A stretch of 64,000 bases of DNA from Rubripirellula sp. (GCA_965216875.1 OZ244207.1:1888001-1952000); one strand, 5' to 3'. Counted from the stretch's first letter, positions 47,619 to 56,920 are shown. The notes: generated by a model not told the origin, from the letters alone. Translations and numbers: made by a program.

Positions 47619-48927
47619 GTTTGCGAGAAGAACGGTTCTGCAAGGACTCGGCGCAACATTGACACTGCCGTGGATGGAATCATTGACTTGGGCGACGGAT
47701 CACCGGTCGTCTGAGAAGCCGCCCGTTCGGTTTGGGACTTTGGTGTTTGCGAACGGTGTTAATCCCTATCAATGGTGGGCCAAGGGCGAAGGCAAAGACA
47801 TGGAGCTGTCCTCGACGCTTCAGCCGCTTGCGCCACACAAATCTGACATTACGGTCCTGCAAGGTTTGCATGTGTTTAACAACACCAGTGGCCCGCATTG
47901 GCCGCTGTTTAGCAACATGCTTAGTGGGGCTCAGTTCAAGCCGACGCTTATGCCGGAGGGGGCTGAGTCGATCGATCAGGTCATCGCCCGGCGCAGCGGA
48001 CGGCAGACAGCCGTTCCCAGTCTTGTACTCGCGGTTGAGCCAGCCGAGAGCGGATTGCGAGGCGGCGTGCCCAGTATCTACTACGGCACGGTGAGCTGGA
48101 GTTCCAAAAAGACGCCGATCCCGCCCGAGATTTATCCACGCGCCGTGTTTGACCGACTGTTCGATACAAGTGGATTGCTTAGAGACCGTAGCGTGCTCGA
48201 TGCTGTGTTGGACCAGACGAAACGCATCGAGCACAATCTGTCGGGTGGCGATCGCCAGAAGCTTGATGAGTTCGCGACGAGTGTTCGAGAGTTGGAGAAA
48301 AGAATCGAGCGAGCTTCGTCCGATGCGCGTCTGGAGGGCTGGAGACCCTCTTTGGAAAGTCCTGACATGGTTCGTCCCCCAGAGTCGTTGCCACAGGACG
48401 TTCGTGATCACATGCTGATGATGCTCGATCTACTCCTGCTGGCATGGCGGATGGACAAGACCCGAGTCGCCACGTTGATCTTCAACCGTGACGTTTCTCA
48501 CATGAAGTTTGGTTTTCTTGATGGGGTTGTTAACGATCAGCTTCATGGGATTTCACATCACAAAGAAGATCCTCAAAAGCTCGCTTCGTACCAAAAGATC
48601 AATCGATTCCATGTCGAGCAACTGGCATACCTGCTGTCCCGTATGAAGAAGATCGATGAAGGCGGGGGGACGACACTGCTGGACAATGTCCTGCTACTGT
48701 TCGGTTCAAACATGTTCAACGGCGACAGTCATGACGGTCGTCAGCTGCCGCTTGTGCTCGCTGGACATGGTGGCGGGCAGATTGCGGGCGGTAAGGTTCT
48801 CGATGTTTCGCACGAGCCAGAGGAACAGCAGCGAGCGTGCAATCTCTATTTGTCGATTGCAAAGATGATGGGTGTTCCACTGACTCAGTTTGGTGACAGC
48901 GTCGGCCCTCTGGAAGGGCTTGTTTGA
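47611..48927 (+). CDS. DUF1552 domain protein, copy 2
   Basis: ARRTVLQGLGATLTLPWMESL, FANG, SIDQVIA, FDRLF, SVLD, DKTRVAT, HGISHH, TLLDN. Confidence 0.95.
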   Translation: MNRFARRTVLQGLGATLTLPWMESLTWATDHRSSEKPPVRFGTLVFANGVNPYQWWAKGEGKDMELSSTLQPLAPHKSDITVLQGLHVFNNTSGPHWPLFSNMLSGAQFKPTLMPEGAESIDQVIARRSGRQTAVPSLVLAVEPAESGLRGGVPSIYYGTVSWSSKKTPIPPEIYPRAVFDRLFDTSGLLRDRSVLDAVLDQTKRIEHNLSGGDRQKLDEFATSVRELEKRIERASSDARLEGWRPSLESPDMVRPPESLPQDVRDHMLMMLDLLLLAWRMDKTRVATLIFNRDVSHMKFGFLDGVVNDQLHGISHHKEDPQKLASYQKINRFHVEQLAYLLSRMKKIDEGGGTTLLDNVLLLFGSNMFNGDSHDGRQLPLVLAGHGGGQIAGGKVLDVSHEPEEQQRACNLYLSIAKMMGVPLTQFGDSVGPLEGLV

Positions 48928-49028
48928 TTCTCGGTTCGTTCGACGAACTGCTAATCAAAGAGTTGCGCTCGTTCGCACAATTGCGCAAGTTTGGCCAGTG
49001 AGTCGACTCCGGTTTTTTCCATCATTCG

Positions 49029-49398
49029 GCCCGTGAGCCGCTGGCCGTGAGGCCTCGGGCACCTACCGCCTCCGCGAACGTCGTTGCCCGCGTATCGTCG
49101 TGTGGAATGCCCGGCCGCTTACGCGATCGCGGCTCAATGGTGTGGACCTGCGGTCGTTCGAGTGCAAACGCAATCTGTAACGCTAGCCGCCGGTATTGCA
49201 TGCTCTGCTCAAGCAGTGCCCGTGAGCCGCTGGCCGTGAGGCGTCGGGCACCTACCGCATCCGCGAACGTCGTTGCCCAAATATCGTCGCGTAGAATGTC
49301 CGGCCGCTTACGCGATGGAGGCTCAATGGTGTGGATCTGCGGAAGTATTCGTTCGAGTGTAAACGCAATTGCAATCTGTAGCGCTCGTAGCCGGTATT
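49029..49398. repeat. 189-bp tandem duplication, each unit a family-B doublet plus tail
   Basis: Units start GCCCGTGAGCCG at 49029 and 49218. They share the internal spacer (ACCTACCGC.TCCGCGAACGTCGTTGCCC) and tail (ATGGTGTGGA..GTTCGAGTG..CAATCTGTA..CCGGTATT). Confidence 0.92.
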
Positions 49399-49433
49399 CA
49401 CACCCGTTACTGGGCAGGAGCAGGAGGAAGAGA

Positions 49434-49463
49434 GAACCACGGATCACACGAATCGCACGGATG
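49434..49463 (+). repeat. Family-E periodic element, second copy
   Basis: GAAC-CACGGATCA-CACGAATCG-CACGGATG. Confidence 0.55.
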
Positions 49464-49550
49464 GGATGAACCACCAAGTGAGCGGCAAGACGCTAGCCGT
49501 CGGTATTAACACTCGCTACTCGGCAGCTTTTCGTGCCGAGAGGGGCGCCA

Positions 49551-50804
49551 CTAGAATCTTGAGTTGAGGAAGTTGCGATGCATTTCGATTTCGCCTTGCG
49601 TTTGCGGTAGCTTGATCTTGCAGTTTGGCAGCTGCTTTTGGAGCTCTTTCGCGGCGGTGCCGTATTTGGCAACCTTCGTTCGAGAAAGGTCGAGCTCTTT
49701 GAGCGAAGTAAGCTTGTGGAAGTGAATCAGGCTTTGGTCGGAGATCGGGCCGCTGGCCCTGAGCGTTTCGAGATTCTCGAAGGACGTGATGACCGGGACC
49801 GATGCGTCCGTGAGTTTGCCGAGAGTGTAATAGGGAACGAGTTCGAGTGTTTGAAGATCGCCAAAATCCTTGAGATGCTCGATGTGTTCGTCGGTAAGCT
49901 GCCAATGGAGTGCGCCAAAGTGTTTCAAGTTGGGAAGCGTTGCTGCGTGTTGCAAAGCGTTGCCGGAGATTTGCTGGCTGCCAATCTTCAGCCGACGCAA
50001 GTTTTTCATCGTGCAAAGGGTGGCGTAACCGTCATCGGTAAAGTGGGTGTGATAGAGGGTAAGGCTTTCGAGGTGTTGGGCGGCAGCGAGCGCGTTTGCG
50101 TCGTCGTCTTTGGGCCATTGTTTTTGTTCCCGATCACCAACGGTCGTGCCGTTGATTCGGCAAACCAGCTTGAATGATCGCAGGTCTTCTAGTTGAGGCA
50201 GTGCGGCGAGCGATTCGGTCGTCACGAGGCCATCGAGTGACAGTTCGACAAGTCCAGAGGGCAAGGTCGCAATCTGTTCGGCCGTGTAAGGAGTTTCCTG
50301 GTTCAGCCAAAGCGTTTCGAGTTGCGTGAGTTTTCCAAGCAGTGCGTAGTCGTCGGGAGAACGGTTCGGGCCGTTGAGGCTGAGCGCACGTAGGTCGGGG
50401 AGATCTTGAAGCAGACGACCAAGGATTGCGAACCGCGATTTCTCGTCGTCGGTGTTCTCGGTGACAAAGACACGCTCGACGGTGTCGAACCAATGTGGCC
50501 CGAGCCGCTCGCGAAGCCAAATCGGACCCTTAGGCGCAAGCGGTACATTCGGGTCACTGTCGGGACCACGTATCTGCCAGTCGTACGACACTTGCCCCGA
50601 AACAGCCTCGATGGCTTCGACAGCCACTTTTTGTCGGTGCACACGATTGAAGACCAGTGCGAACCAAACTGCGGCGCAAGCGACCATGACGAGAAGGCCG
50701 CGAAGCGAGAAACGCAACCATTTCCGATCACGTTTGCCACCAACCTCATCTGGGGCAACTGCGGCGTTCATCGTGGCTTCGGCGGCATTTTGCGAGTCGC
50801 TCAA
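49551..50804 (-). CDS. Membrane-anchored leucine-rich repeat protein
   Basis: LRFSLRGLLVMVACAAVWF anchor; LRRs such as LTQLETLWL, LESLTLYHTHFTDDG, LKELDLSRTKV; LQKQLPNCKI cap. Confidence 0.9.
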   Translation of the reverse strand: MSDSQNAAEATMNAAVAPDEVGGKRDRKWLRFSLRGLLVMVACAAVWFALVFNRVHRQKVAVEAIEAVSGQVSYDWQIRGPDSDPNVPLAPKGPIWLRERLGPHWFDTVERVFVTENTDDEKSRFAILGRLLQDLPDLRALSLNGPNRSPDDYALLGKLTQLETLWLNQETPYTAEQIATLPSGLVELSLDGLVTTESLAALPQLEDLRSFKLVCRINGTTVGDREQKQWPKDDDANALAAAQHLESLTLYHTHFTDDGYATLCTMKNLRRLKIGSQQISGNALQHAATLPNLKHFGALHWQLTDEHIEHLKDFGDLQTLELVPYYTLGKLTDASVPVITSFENLETLRASGPISDQSLIHFHKLTSLKELDLSRTKVAKYGTAAKELQKQLPNCKIKLPQTQGEIEMHRNFLNSRF

Positions 50805-50814
50805 CTCTTCGGCG

Positions 50815-52767
50815 TCACTCGTTGATGATCAAGCCGCGCGCCCGCAACATCCGCTGTTCGGCACATTGGCGGCAATTTGCATGGCGGTCACAGCAAAAAC
50901 GACTCGCGAAAAGGAGTGACGCCGAGAGCGATTTCATCTCTTTTGATTGAGGACGATTGGAAGAAGTTTTCGGCGTGAACTCGTACGAATCGAGAAACTT
51001 GTCCTTGGATTCGCCTTCGATTTCTTCGTCCGCTGGTCGGTGTGTGAAGCGGCCATCCATCATCGTGTAGTCGACGCCAATCTCAGCGATTTCAGTCGGC
51101 TTGACGTCAAAGGGATTGTTGTCGAGCACGACGATGTCGGCGAGCTTGCCAACTTCGAGGCTGCCGATCTTGTCATCCATGGCCAGTTGCCAGGCGGCGT
51201 CAATCGTGACAGCGCGAATCGCTTGCTGGACCGTCAGCGGTGTACGGGTTTCCGGAAATGGCTTCGACTCGCCAGGACGCGTCGGGTCCATCAGAGTTGA
51301 AGCGCCTTCGACACAGAACAGCGGAGCTTGCATGGTCGGCTGGGTGCTTGGCACATCGGCCGCGAGACTCACCCTGACGCCATCGCCTGGAAGTTCGGTG
51401 TAGAGTCCAAATTGGGATTCCGTACGGTCGCGTCCGAGCAAACGATAGGCGTCTTCGCGTTGATTCGACCAATCGTTGTAGAAGTTGGGGGTCGCGTTGG
51501 CCGGAATCTTGTATTCGACGACACGTTTGTAGTCGTCGGGGTGGATCCAAGTGAAATGGTGAATCGCGTTTCGCTGGTCAAAACCAGCTTCTTTTGCTGC
51601 GACGCAGGCGTCGACTGCGGCGCGGCCGGTGGCACTTCCGTCGGTATGAATGATCGCATTCAATCCCGCTTTGTTCGCAGAGAGGGTGACATCCATGATG
51701 GTTTCTGGATTGATGTTGAATGCCCCGTTCTTTCCGGTTGTGTAGGGCTCGAGGTGAGGCGAGACCTGGGCGTTCCAATTGCCATCGGGATGAATCTTGA
51801 CGAAGTCGCAGCGAATCATGTCCCCCTGGTATTTCTGTTGCATCCGCGAAGCGAAGGCGACAAATTTCTGAGGGTCTGCTTTGGCATTCTTGAAGAACGG
51901 AAGAGCCTGGACTCGCAACTTGAGTGTGCCCGCTTGTTCGAGTTCACTCAGCAATTCGAGCGACGCTTCAAAGTCGCGTTCCATGCCACCGTGGGTGTCT
52001 TTCACATTGGGCGTCACGATGCCAGGATTCAGAATCGTGGTTGTTCCATTTTGGGCAGCGATCGTAAAGAGCTGCTCACAGCTTTGGCGGACCATTGTTT
52101 CGGCGTCCCACGCGCCCATATCGATGTAGGCCTGCATCCACTGGATTTCGATTGCCGCGCCCAGCGGATTCCCTTCGTCGTCGCGAACCCAGTAGGTGAC
52201 ACCCGGCAACGTATCGGGCGTCTCTTTGGTGATGTTGGCTGCCTTGAGTGCCGCCGAATTGAGCCACGCGTCGTGAATGGTGAAGTCCAGCAGAATCGCG
52301 GGGCGATTGGGAACGACAGTGTCGAGCTCTTTCGCGGTGGGATGCCCACCTAGCTTGTCGGCAACCCAGCCGATTCCGCGGATCACCTTTTCATCGGGAT
52401 GGGCTTCGGCGTACTCCTTGATCAGCCTGAGCGTTTCGGCTTTGTCTTTGGCGTCATAAAGGTTGACGCCAAGTGCCGTCCAGCTTGAAGCAATCAAGTG
52501 ATCGTGTGCACTGACGAAACCGGGCATCACCGTTTTGCCAGAGCAGTCGATGACATTGGTCGAGTCGCCGATGTGCCGCTTTACATCGTCTGCAGTTCCA
52601 ACAAAAAGGATCTTGTTGGCTTTGACCGCGACCGCTTCCGCCCAAGGCTGAGATTCGTCAACCGTGTAGACCTTGCCACCGGTAAAGACGGTGTCGGCAA
52701 TCTGGGCAACGACCGGTGTAGCGGACAAACAGACCATTAGTAGGGCGAGTAGGCTCACGCGCGACAT
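50815..52767 (-). CDS. Secreted amidohydrolase_3 family (YtcJ-like) protein
   Basis: ADTVFTGGKVYTVD..WAEAVAV, MPGFVSAHDH, VKIHPDG, TIDAAWQL, GSLEVGKLADIVVLD. Start moved to ATG 52767. Confidence 0.92.
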   Translation of the reverse strand: MSRVSLLALLMVCLSATPVVAQIADTVFTGGKVYTVDESQPWAEAVAVKANKILFVGTADDVKRHIGDSTNVIDCSGKTVMPGFVSAHDHLIASSWTALGVNLYDAKDKAETLRLIKEYAEAHPDEKVIRGIGWVADKLGGHPTAKELDTVVPNRPAILLDFTIHDAWLNSAALKAANITKETPDTLPGVTYWVRDDEGNPLGAAIEIQWMQAYIDMGAWDAETMVRQSCEQLFTIAAQNGTTTILNPGIVTPNVKDTHGGMERDFEASLELLSELEQAGTLKLRVQALPFFKNAKADPQKFVAFASRMQQKYQGDMIRCDFVKIHPDGNWNAQVSPHLEPYTTGKNGAFNINPETIMDVTLSANKAGLNAIIHTDGSATGRAAVDACVAAKEAGFDQRNAIHHFTWIHPDDYKRVVEYKIPANATPNFYNDWSNQREDAYRLLGRDRTESQFGLYTELPGDGVRVSLAADVPSTQPTMQAPLFCVEGASTLMDPTRPGESKPFPETRTPLTVQQAIRAVTIDAAWQLAMDDKIGSLEVGKLADIVVLDNNPFDVKPTEIAEIGVDYTMMDGRFTHRPADEEIEGESKDKFLDSYEFTPKTSSNRPQSKEMKSLSASLLFASRFCCDRHANCRQCAEQRMLRARGLIINE

Positions 52768-52894
52768 CGGTCGACACTCCGTAGAAAAGGCTTGCGGTCT
52801 CGAGAGGGTCACGAGATTGATACCGAGTGGGCATTGAACGTACAAATGATCGTACCCTGTTTCGTATCATGATGCGACTTTTGGGATGCGCATT

Positions 52895-52918
52895 CCACCT
52901 TCTGGCGAAGGTAGCTAC
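52895..52918 (-). repeat. Single GTAG-type REP (family F)
   Basis: Minus strand reads GTAG-CTACCTTC-GCCA-GAAGGTGG (GTAG followed by a hairpin). Confidence 0.6.
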
Positions 52919-52961
52919 GGTCAGCAGTGTTCGTAGTACCGAGCTTTAGCCAGGTAGCCGG

Positions 52962-53001
52962 GTAGGCCGGATCAAGGAGCGACAGCGACTCGGATCCGGC
53001 A
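52962..53001 (+). repeat. Single GTAG-type REP resembling the enterobacterial REP (family G)
   Basis: GTAGGCCGGATCAAGGAGCGACAGCGACTCGGATCCGGCA; GCCGGATC/GATCCGGC arms. Confidence 0.6.
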
Positions 53002-53168
53002 GTCAGAGCCAAGGCATCGGGGTCGCTCACTCAGCGGGTGCTCGGCAGCTTGTAAGCGTTTCGCTCAATGGGTCCCCAGACTGTGCCCTTACGGTCATGC
53101 ATGCGCAGAGTGGTTACAATGTGCGTACTCTCTTGTTGAAAAAGATACTCGGTTCGATCGATTTGTTC

Positions 53169-53660
53169 ATGCAGTGGCCTCCCTTGCCAGATTACGGTTG
53201 CATTCTTCGCTGGCCTGAAGACGGTCAAGCCTTCATTCATCCCGAGGATGTTGCCGTTGCGACGCGCTGTTTTCCGAGTGGTCGCGTGTTGCGTCGCGAG
53301 GCGTTCGATGGGGTTTACTATCACTACAGCTACGGTGCACTGCGGTTTCGCTTGCGGCCGATGATGTGGTTGCCCGTGCGAAGCGAAGGGTTCGACGTGG
53401 GCGATACGGTCGAAACGACGGGGGTTGGTTTCGAACGCGAGCTGTTTGTTGCTCAGGTTTGGGGGATGCATTACGTTCCCCGCAAAGGATGCATCTTGTA
53501 CCGCTTGCGACGGCGGGACACGAACGTTCCGAACTTGTTTCATGCCGATCAAATCCGCTTGCTGTCGGACAAATCCAAGGTTCGCGACGGTGACATCGGG
53601 TACCCCGAGCCGAAGTGGAACGGTGATCAAACCGATCGTCTGGAAGGTGTGGAGCTTTAG
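53169..53660 (+). CDS. DUF6960-like hypothetical protein (C-terminal SH3-like barrel)
   Basis: YG...WPEDG..FIHPED, YGALRFRL, GFDVGDTVE. Start moved to ATG 53169. Confidence 0.75.
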   Translation: MQWPPLPDYGCILRWPEDGQAFIHPEDVAVATRCFPSGRVLRREAFDGVYYHYSYGALRFRLRPMMWLPVRSEGFDVGDTVETTGVGFERELFVAQVWGMHYVPRKGCILYRLRRRDTNVPNLFHADQIRLLSDKSKVRDGDIGYPEPKWNGDQTDRLEGVEL

Positions 53661-53741
53661 GCCCGGCAGCGGTAGAATCGGCGGCGAACTAATGTCCCGC
53701 CTGCGTCGCTCGCATTCTCACTTCTCGCTCGTTTCGCCACC

Positions 53742-54893
53742 ATGTCAAAGCTCAACGCTGCCGTTGTCGGCACAGGTTTCATCGGTCCCGTTCACGTCGA
53801 AGCCTTGCAGCGTGCTGGCGTCACGGTCACTGGCATTCTTGGGTCGCGTCCCGAGAAGTCCACGGCAGCTCAGCAGACGCTCGGCTTGGAAAAGGCGTAC
53901 GGGTCGCTCGACGAGCTGTTGTCCGATGATTCTGTCGATGTGGTTCATGTGACGTCGCCCAACCAGCATCACTTTGCTCAAGTGACGGCGGCCATCGAGT
54001 CGGGCAAACACGTCCTGTGTGAAAAGCCGCTTGCGATGACGCCCGACGAATCAGCAAAGCTTGTCGAGCTGGCGGATGCGAAAGGGATCGCCGCTGGTGT
54101 CAACTACAACATCCGCTACTACCCGCTTTGCATCGAGGCGGCACGGCGCGTTGCCAGTGGGAAATCGGGACGCGTTTTTCATGTCACGGGCAGCTATGTT
54201 CAAGATTGGTTGTTCCACCCCAGTGATTTCAATTGGCGGGTGCTGAAAGAGGAAGGCGGAGCGTTGCGTGCGGTCGCCGACATTGGGACGCATTGGCTCG
54301 ACCTGATTCAACACGTCGTGGGGCAAAAGGTGGTTTCGGTCTGTGCCGATTTGGGAACCGTTTTCGCCGAGCGGACGCGACCGCTCGGTGGCGTCGAAAC
54401 CTTTTCAGGCAAGGTCAACGCCGATCAAGCAACGGAGACGGTTGCAGTCGATACGGAAGATTTTGGCAGCGCGATGCTCGAATTCGCCGACGGTTGTCGC
54501 GGCACCCTGTTTGTCTCGCAAGTCACCGCGGGACGCAAGAATTGTTTACGATTCGAAATCGCAGCGGGCAACGAATCGCTCGCTTGGAACAGCGAAACGC
54601 CCAATGAGATTTGGCTGGGGCAGCGTGACACGCCCAATCAGGTGTTACTGAAAGACCCGGCGCTTGTCGATTCAACAGCAGCGAGCGCGATGTCCTATCC
54701 GGGCGGGCACAACGAGGGCTTCCCGGATACTTTCAAGCAACTGTTTGTTGACTTCTATCGCGCGATCGAGACCGGCAGCTACAAGGACTCGCCGACATTC
54801 CCCACATTTGCTGATGGGCACCACGAGATCTTGGTTTGCGATGCAATCTTGAAGAGTCATCAACAACGCAAGTGGGTGAGCGTCGATGTCTGA
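53742..54893 (+). CDS. Gfo/Idh/MocA oxidoreductase
   Basis: VVGTGFIG, VHVTSPN, GKHVLCEKPLA, YVQDWL, DIGTHWLD. Confidence 0.95.
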   Translation: MSKLNAAVVGTGFIGPVHVEALQRAGVTVTGILGSRPEKSTAAQQTLGLEKAYGSLDELLSDDSVDVVHVTSPNQHHFAQVTAAIESGKHVLCEKPLAMTPDESAKLVELADAKGIAAGVNYNIRYYPLCIEAARRVASGKSGRVFHVTGSYVQDWLFHPSDFNWRVLKEEGGALRAVADIGTHWLDLIQHVVGQKVVSVCADLGTVFAERTRPLGGVETFSGKVNADQATETVAVDTEDFGSAMLEFADGCRGTLFVSQVTAGRKNCLRFEIAAGNESLAWNSETPNEIWLGQRDTPNQVLLKDPALVDSTAASAMSYPGGHNEGFPDTFKQLFVDFYRAIETGSYKDSPTFPTFADGHHEILVCDAILKSHQQRKWVSVDV

Positions 54894-55278
54894 GCCGACG
54901 CGTGTCAAGCAAGTGATCGTGATGCGTCACGATTTGAAAATGCGGCGTGGAAAACAGATCGCCCAAGGATCACACGCATCGATGGCGTTTCTGAGTCGGC
55001 GGTTGCAGCAGAAGGGAACGCTTGCCCTAGACGACTTTGACGATGCGAAACGAGAGTGGATCGAAAGCGGTTTCGCCAAGATTTGTTGCCGCGTCGATAG
55101 CGAAGAAGAGTTGTTAGCGATTCGCGACGCTGCAGATCAAGCGGGGCTCGAAGTCCACTTGATCACCGATAGTGGCAAGACCGAATTTCATGGAGTGCCC
55201 ACCAACACCTGCTTAGCGATTGGCCCCGACACCGTCGAAAGAATCGACGCAATCACCGCCGATCTGAAACTGCTTTGA
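54886..55278 (+). CDS. pth2: Peptidyl-tRNA hydrolase, Pth2 type
   Basis: KQVIVMRHDLKMRRGKQIAQGSHAS, KICCRV..EEEL, ITDSGKTEF..PT.TCLAIGP, IT.DLKLL. Confidence 0.93.
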   Translation: MSEPTRVKQVIVMRHDLKMRRGKQIAQGSHASMAFLSRRLQQKGTLALDDFDDAKREWIESGFAKICCRVDSEEELLAIRDAADQAGLEVHLITDSGKTEFHGVPTNTCLAIGPDTVERIDAITADLKLL

Positions 55279-55360
55279 GAGTTTGTAGGGTGTGTGCTTG
55301 CACGCACCACGGTCAAAGTTGGTTTGGCAAACATTGGTGCGTGCAAGCACGGCACCCTAC
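55254..55360 (+). repeat. Direct repeat L: pth2 3' end plus family-D REP doublet
   Basis: CACCGCCGATCTGAAACTGCTTTGAGAGTTT + GTAGGGTGTGTGCTTGCACGCACCA..TGGTGCGTGCAAGCACGGCACCCTAC. Confidence 0.93.
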
Positions 55361-55872
55361 GGGTTCATTCGTGGACTTTCTGTTCCAACCGTTGGACCAA
55401 ACGTGTCTACACGCCAGTGACAATGTAATACGACAAGTCGGTCAAGCACTGTGCGAGGGCCGATGGGAACGGGTTATGTTGAGCGTGGGAATATGAATTG
55501 GTTCCTCTTGCCCAGTCAGATTTCCGGCTTGCGGATGGACTGGGCGCATCATCGTTGGATTGGCGGATTCACACGATCAAAACATACTCCTCACAGGGCA
55601 CTTTTCGGGGGAATTGATTCGATGGCATGCACTTATCTTTGGCAAGCTCCTGCATTGACGTTTCTTGGTGGTCCAGTCAGCCGCGAAGGTTTGGTTGACC
55701 GAGTAACACTCTTCTAAGTTGCAAACGCGGTGCGTCTGCATTGCATCCATTGATGCCACTCTCAGTGGCTCATGGGATTTCCGCTTTGATTTCTTGATAG
55801 CAGTATGCGGTCGCTGATTCGGCAGCGGTTGCTGATGGGGCCGTGCTGCGCACCTTTTCTGGAGACTCGACA

Positions 55873-56850
55873 ATGAGTTTTAGGTTTTTGTTCGCGGTGT
55901 TCGTGCTGGCTGCGTCGGCCAGGTTTGCGGACCCAATCTCGGCGCAGTCCATCACGTTGCAGACACCAACAGGCATTGGTTCGTCCAGCATCGTTAAGGG
56001 CACGCTGAACGCAGGCTACACCGCGTCGGACGCATTTGACGAAACCGATAGCGGCGATTTCGGTTCTGACGCACACGCCAATCGTTCGATCCAAGGGTTC
56101 CCGATGGCTAGCACTAGTGTTGCAGCCGAATCAAGTGGCGATGTGCTGCCTTTGGAGGTGACATCCACAAGCAATACGCTGATTGGATGGTCTGTTTTTG
56201 ATCCCTCTTCGATCTCTGCCGTTGGCTTGCAGAACAATGGAATGGCCGGTCCCCTTGCTTCGACCAATGCGCACGGACGGTATCAAGTCAATGGTCCTGC
56301 CGGGGGCCTTGCGCCTGATGAGGTGCTGATCCTTTACGGCACGTACAACGTTTCGACGTTTGCTGCCGGGGGTGATGCCGGTCTGCTGACTTTCGGAGGG
56401 CCGCCTAGCTGTTCGGTCGTACTCGAGGGCCCGGGAACGATCCTGAATGCTTCCTCGGACATGCCGATGATCACTGGACAAGTGCACGATGTGCTCAATG
56501 GAGTCACCACCAATCTCATGCTTTTTGGTGCCAGCAGCACATCGGGAACTTGGTCTCGTATCGTCGCTGATGGTCAAGGGTTTACGTGTGCCAGCAACAC
56601 GAGCGTATCACATCAGGGCGACGCGATTGCATTCTTGGCTGGCTCGGAAGGTGCCAATGGAATCGCAACGGGCACCGTTTCGTTCAATGTGATGGTTCGA
56701 AATTTGAGCACCAACCCACTGCCGAATATGACGACGGTGGATGAATTCGGCGAAGGTCCTCCCGGTGGTGGAGATCCTGGTGGAGATCCTGGTGGAGATC
56801 CTGGTGGCGGTGGATCAGGCAACCCGTACTACGACGAGTATGGACCCTAG
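55873..56850 (+). CDS. Orphan secreted acidic Gly/Ser/Thr-rich protein with (GGDP)3 tail
   Basis: GGAG upstream of ATG 55873, signal peptide, one Lys only, 12-bp repeat GGTGGAGATCCT x3 (56767-56802), ends NPYYDEYGP. Confidence 0.8.
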   Translation: MSFRFLFAVFVLAASARFADPISAQSITLQTPTGIGSSSIVKGTLNAGYTASDAFDETDSGDFGSDAHANRSIQGFPMASTSVAAESSGDVLPLEVTSTSNTLIGWSVFDPSSISAVGLQNNGMAGPLASTNAHGRYQVNGPAGGLAPDEVLILYGTYNVSTFAAGGDAGLLTFGGPPSCSVVLEGPGTILNASSDMPMITGQVHDVLNGVTTNLMLFGASSTSGTWSRIVADGQGFTCASNTSVSHQGDAIAFLAGSEGANGIATGTVSFNVMVRNLSTNPLPNMTTVDEFGEGPPGGGDPGGDPGGDPGGGGSGNPYYDEYGP

Positions 56851-56876
56851 TTGACGCCTCGAATCTTGATTCGATC

Positions 56877-56908
56877 GTTCCCACGGTACTCAGTGCCGTG
56901 GGAACTTT
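56877..56908 (+). terminator. Intrinsic terminator-like hairpin of the orphan gene
   Basis: GTTCCCACGGTAC-TCA-GTGCCGTGGGAAC followed by TTT. Confidence 0.7.
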
Positions 56909-56920
56909 CCTTGACCTAAG

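Noticed and set aside
49022..49477. ORFs on both strands over the 189-bp duplication
   Set aside because: They consist of palindromic repeat sequence found intergenically elsewhere; no protein-like features
55451..55717. Small ORF in the cassette leader as a possible recombinase remnant
   Set aside because: No tyrosine/serine recombinase, HUH or DDE motifs; no convincing RBS
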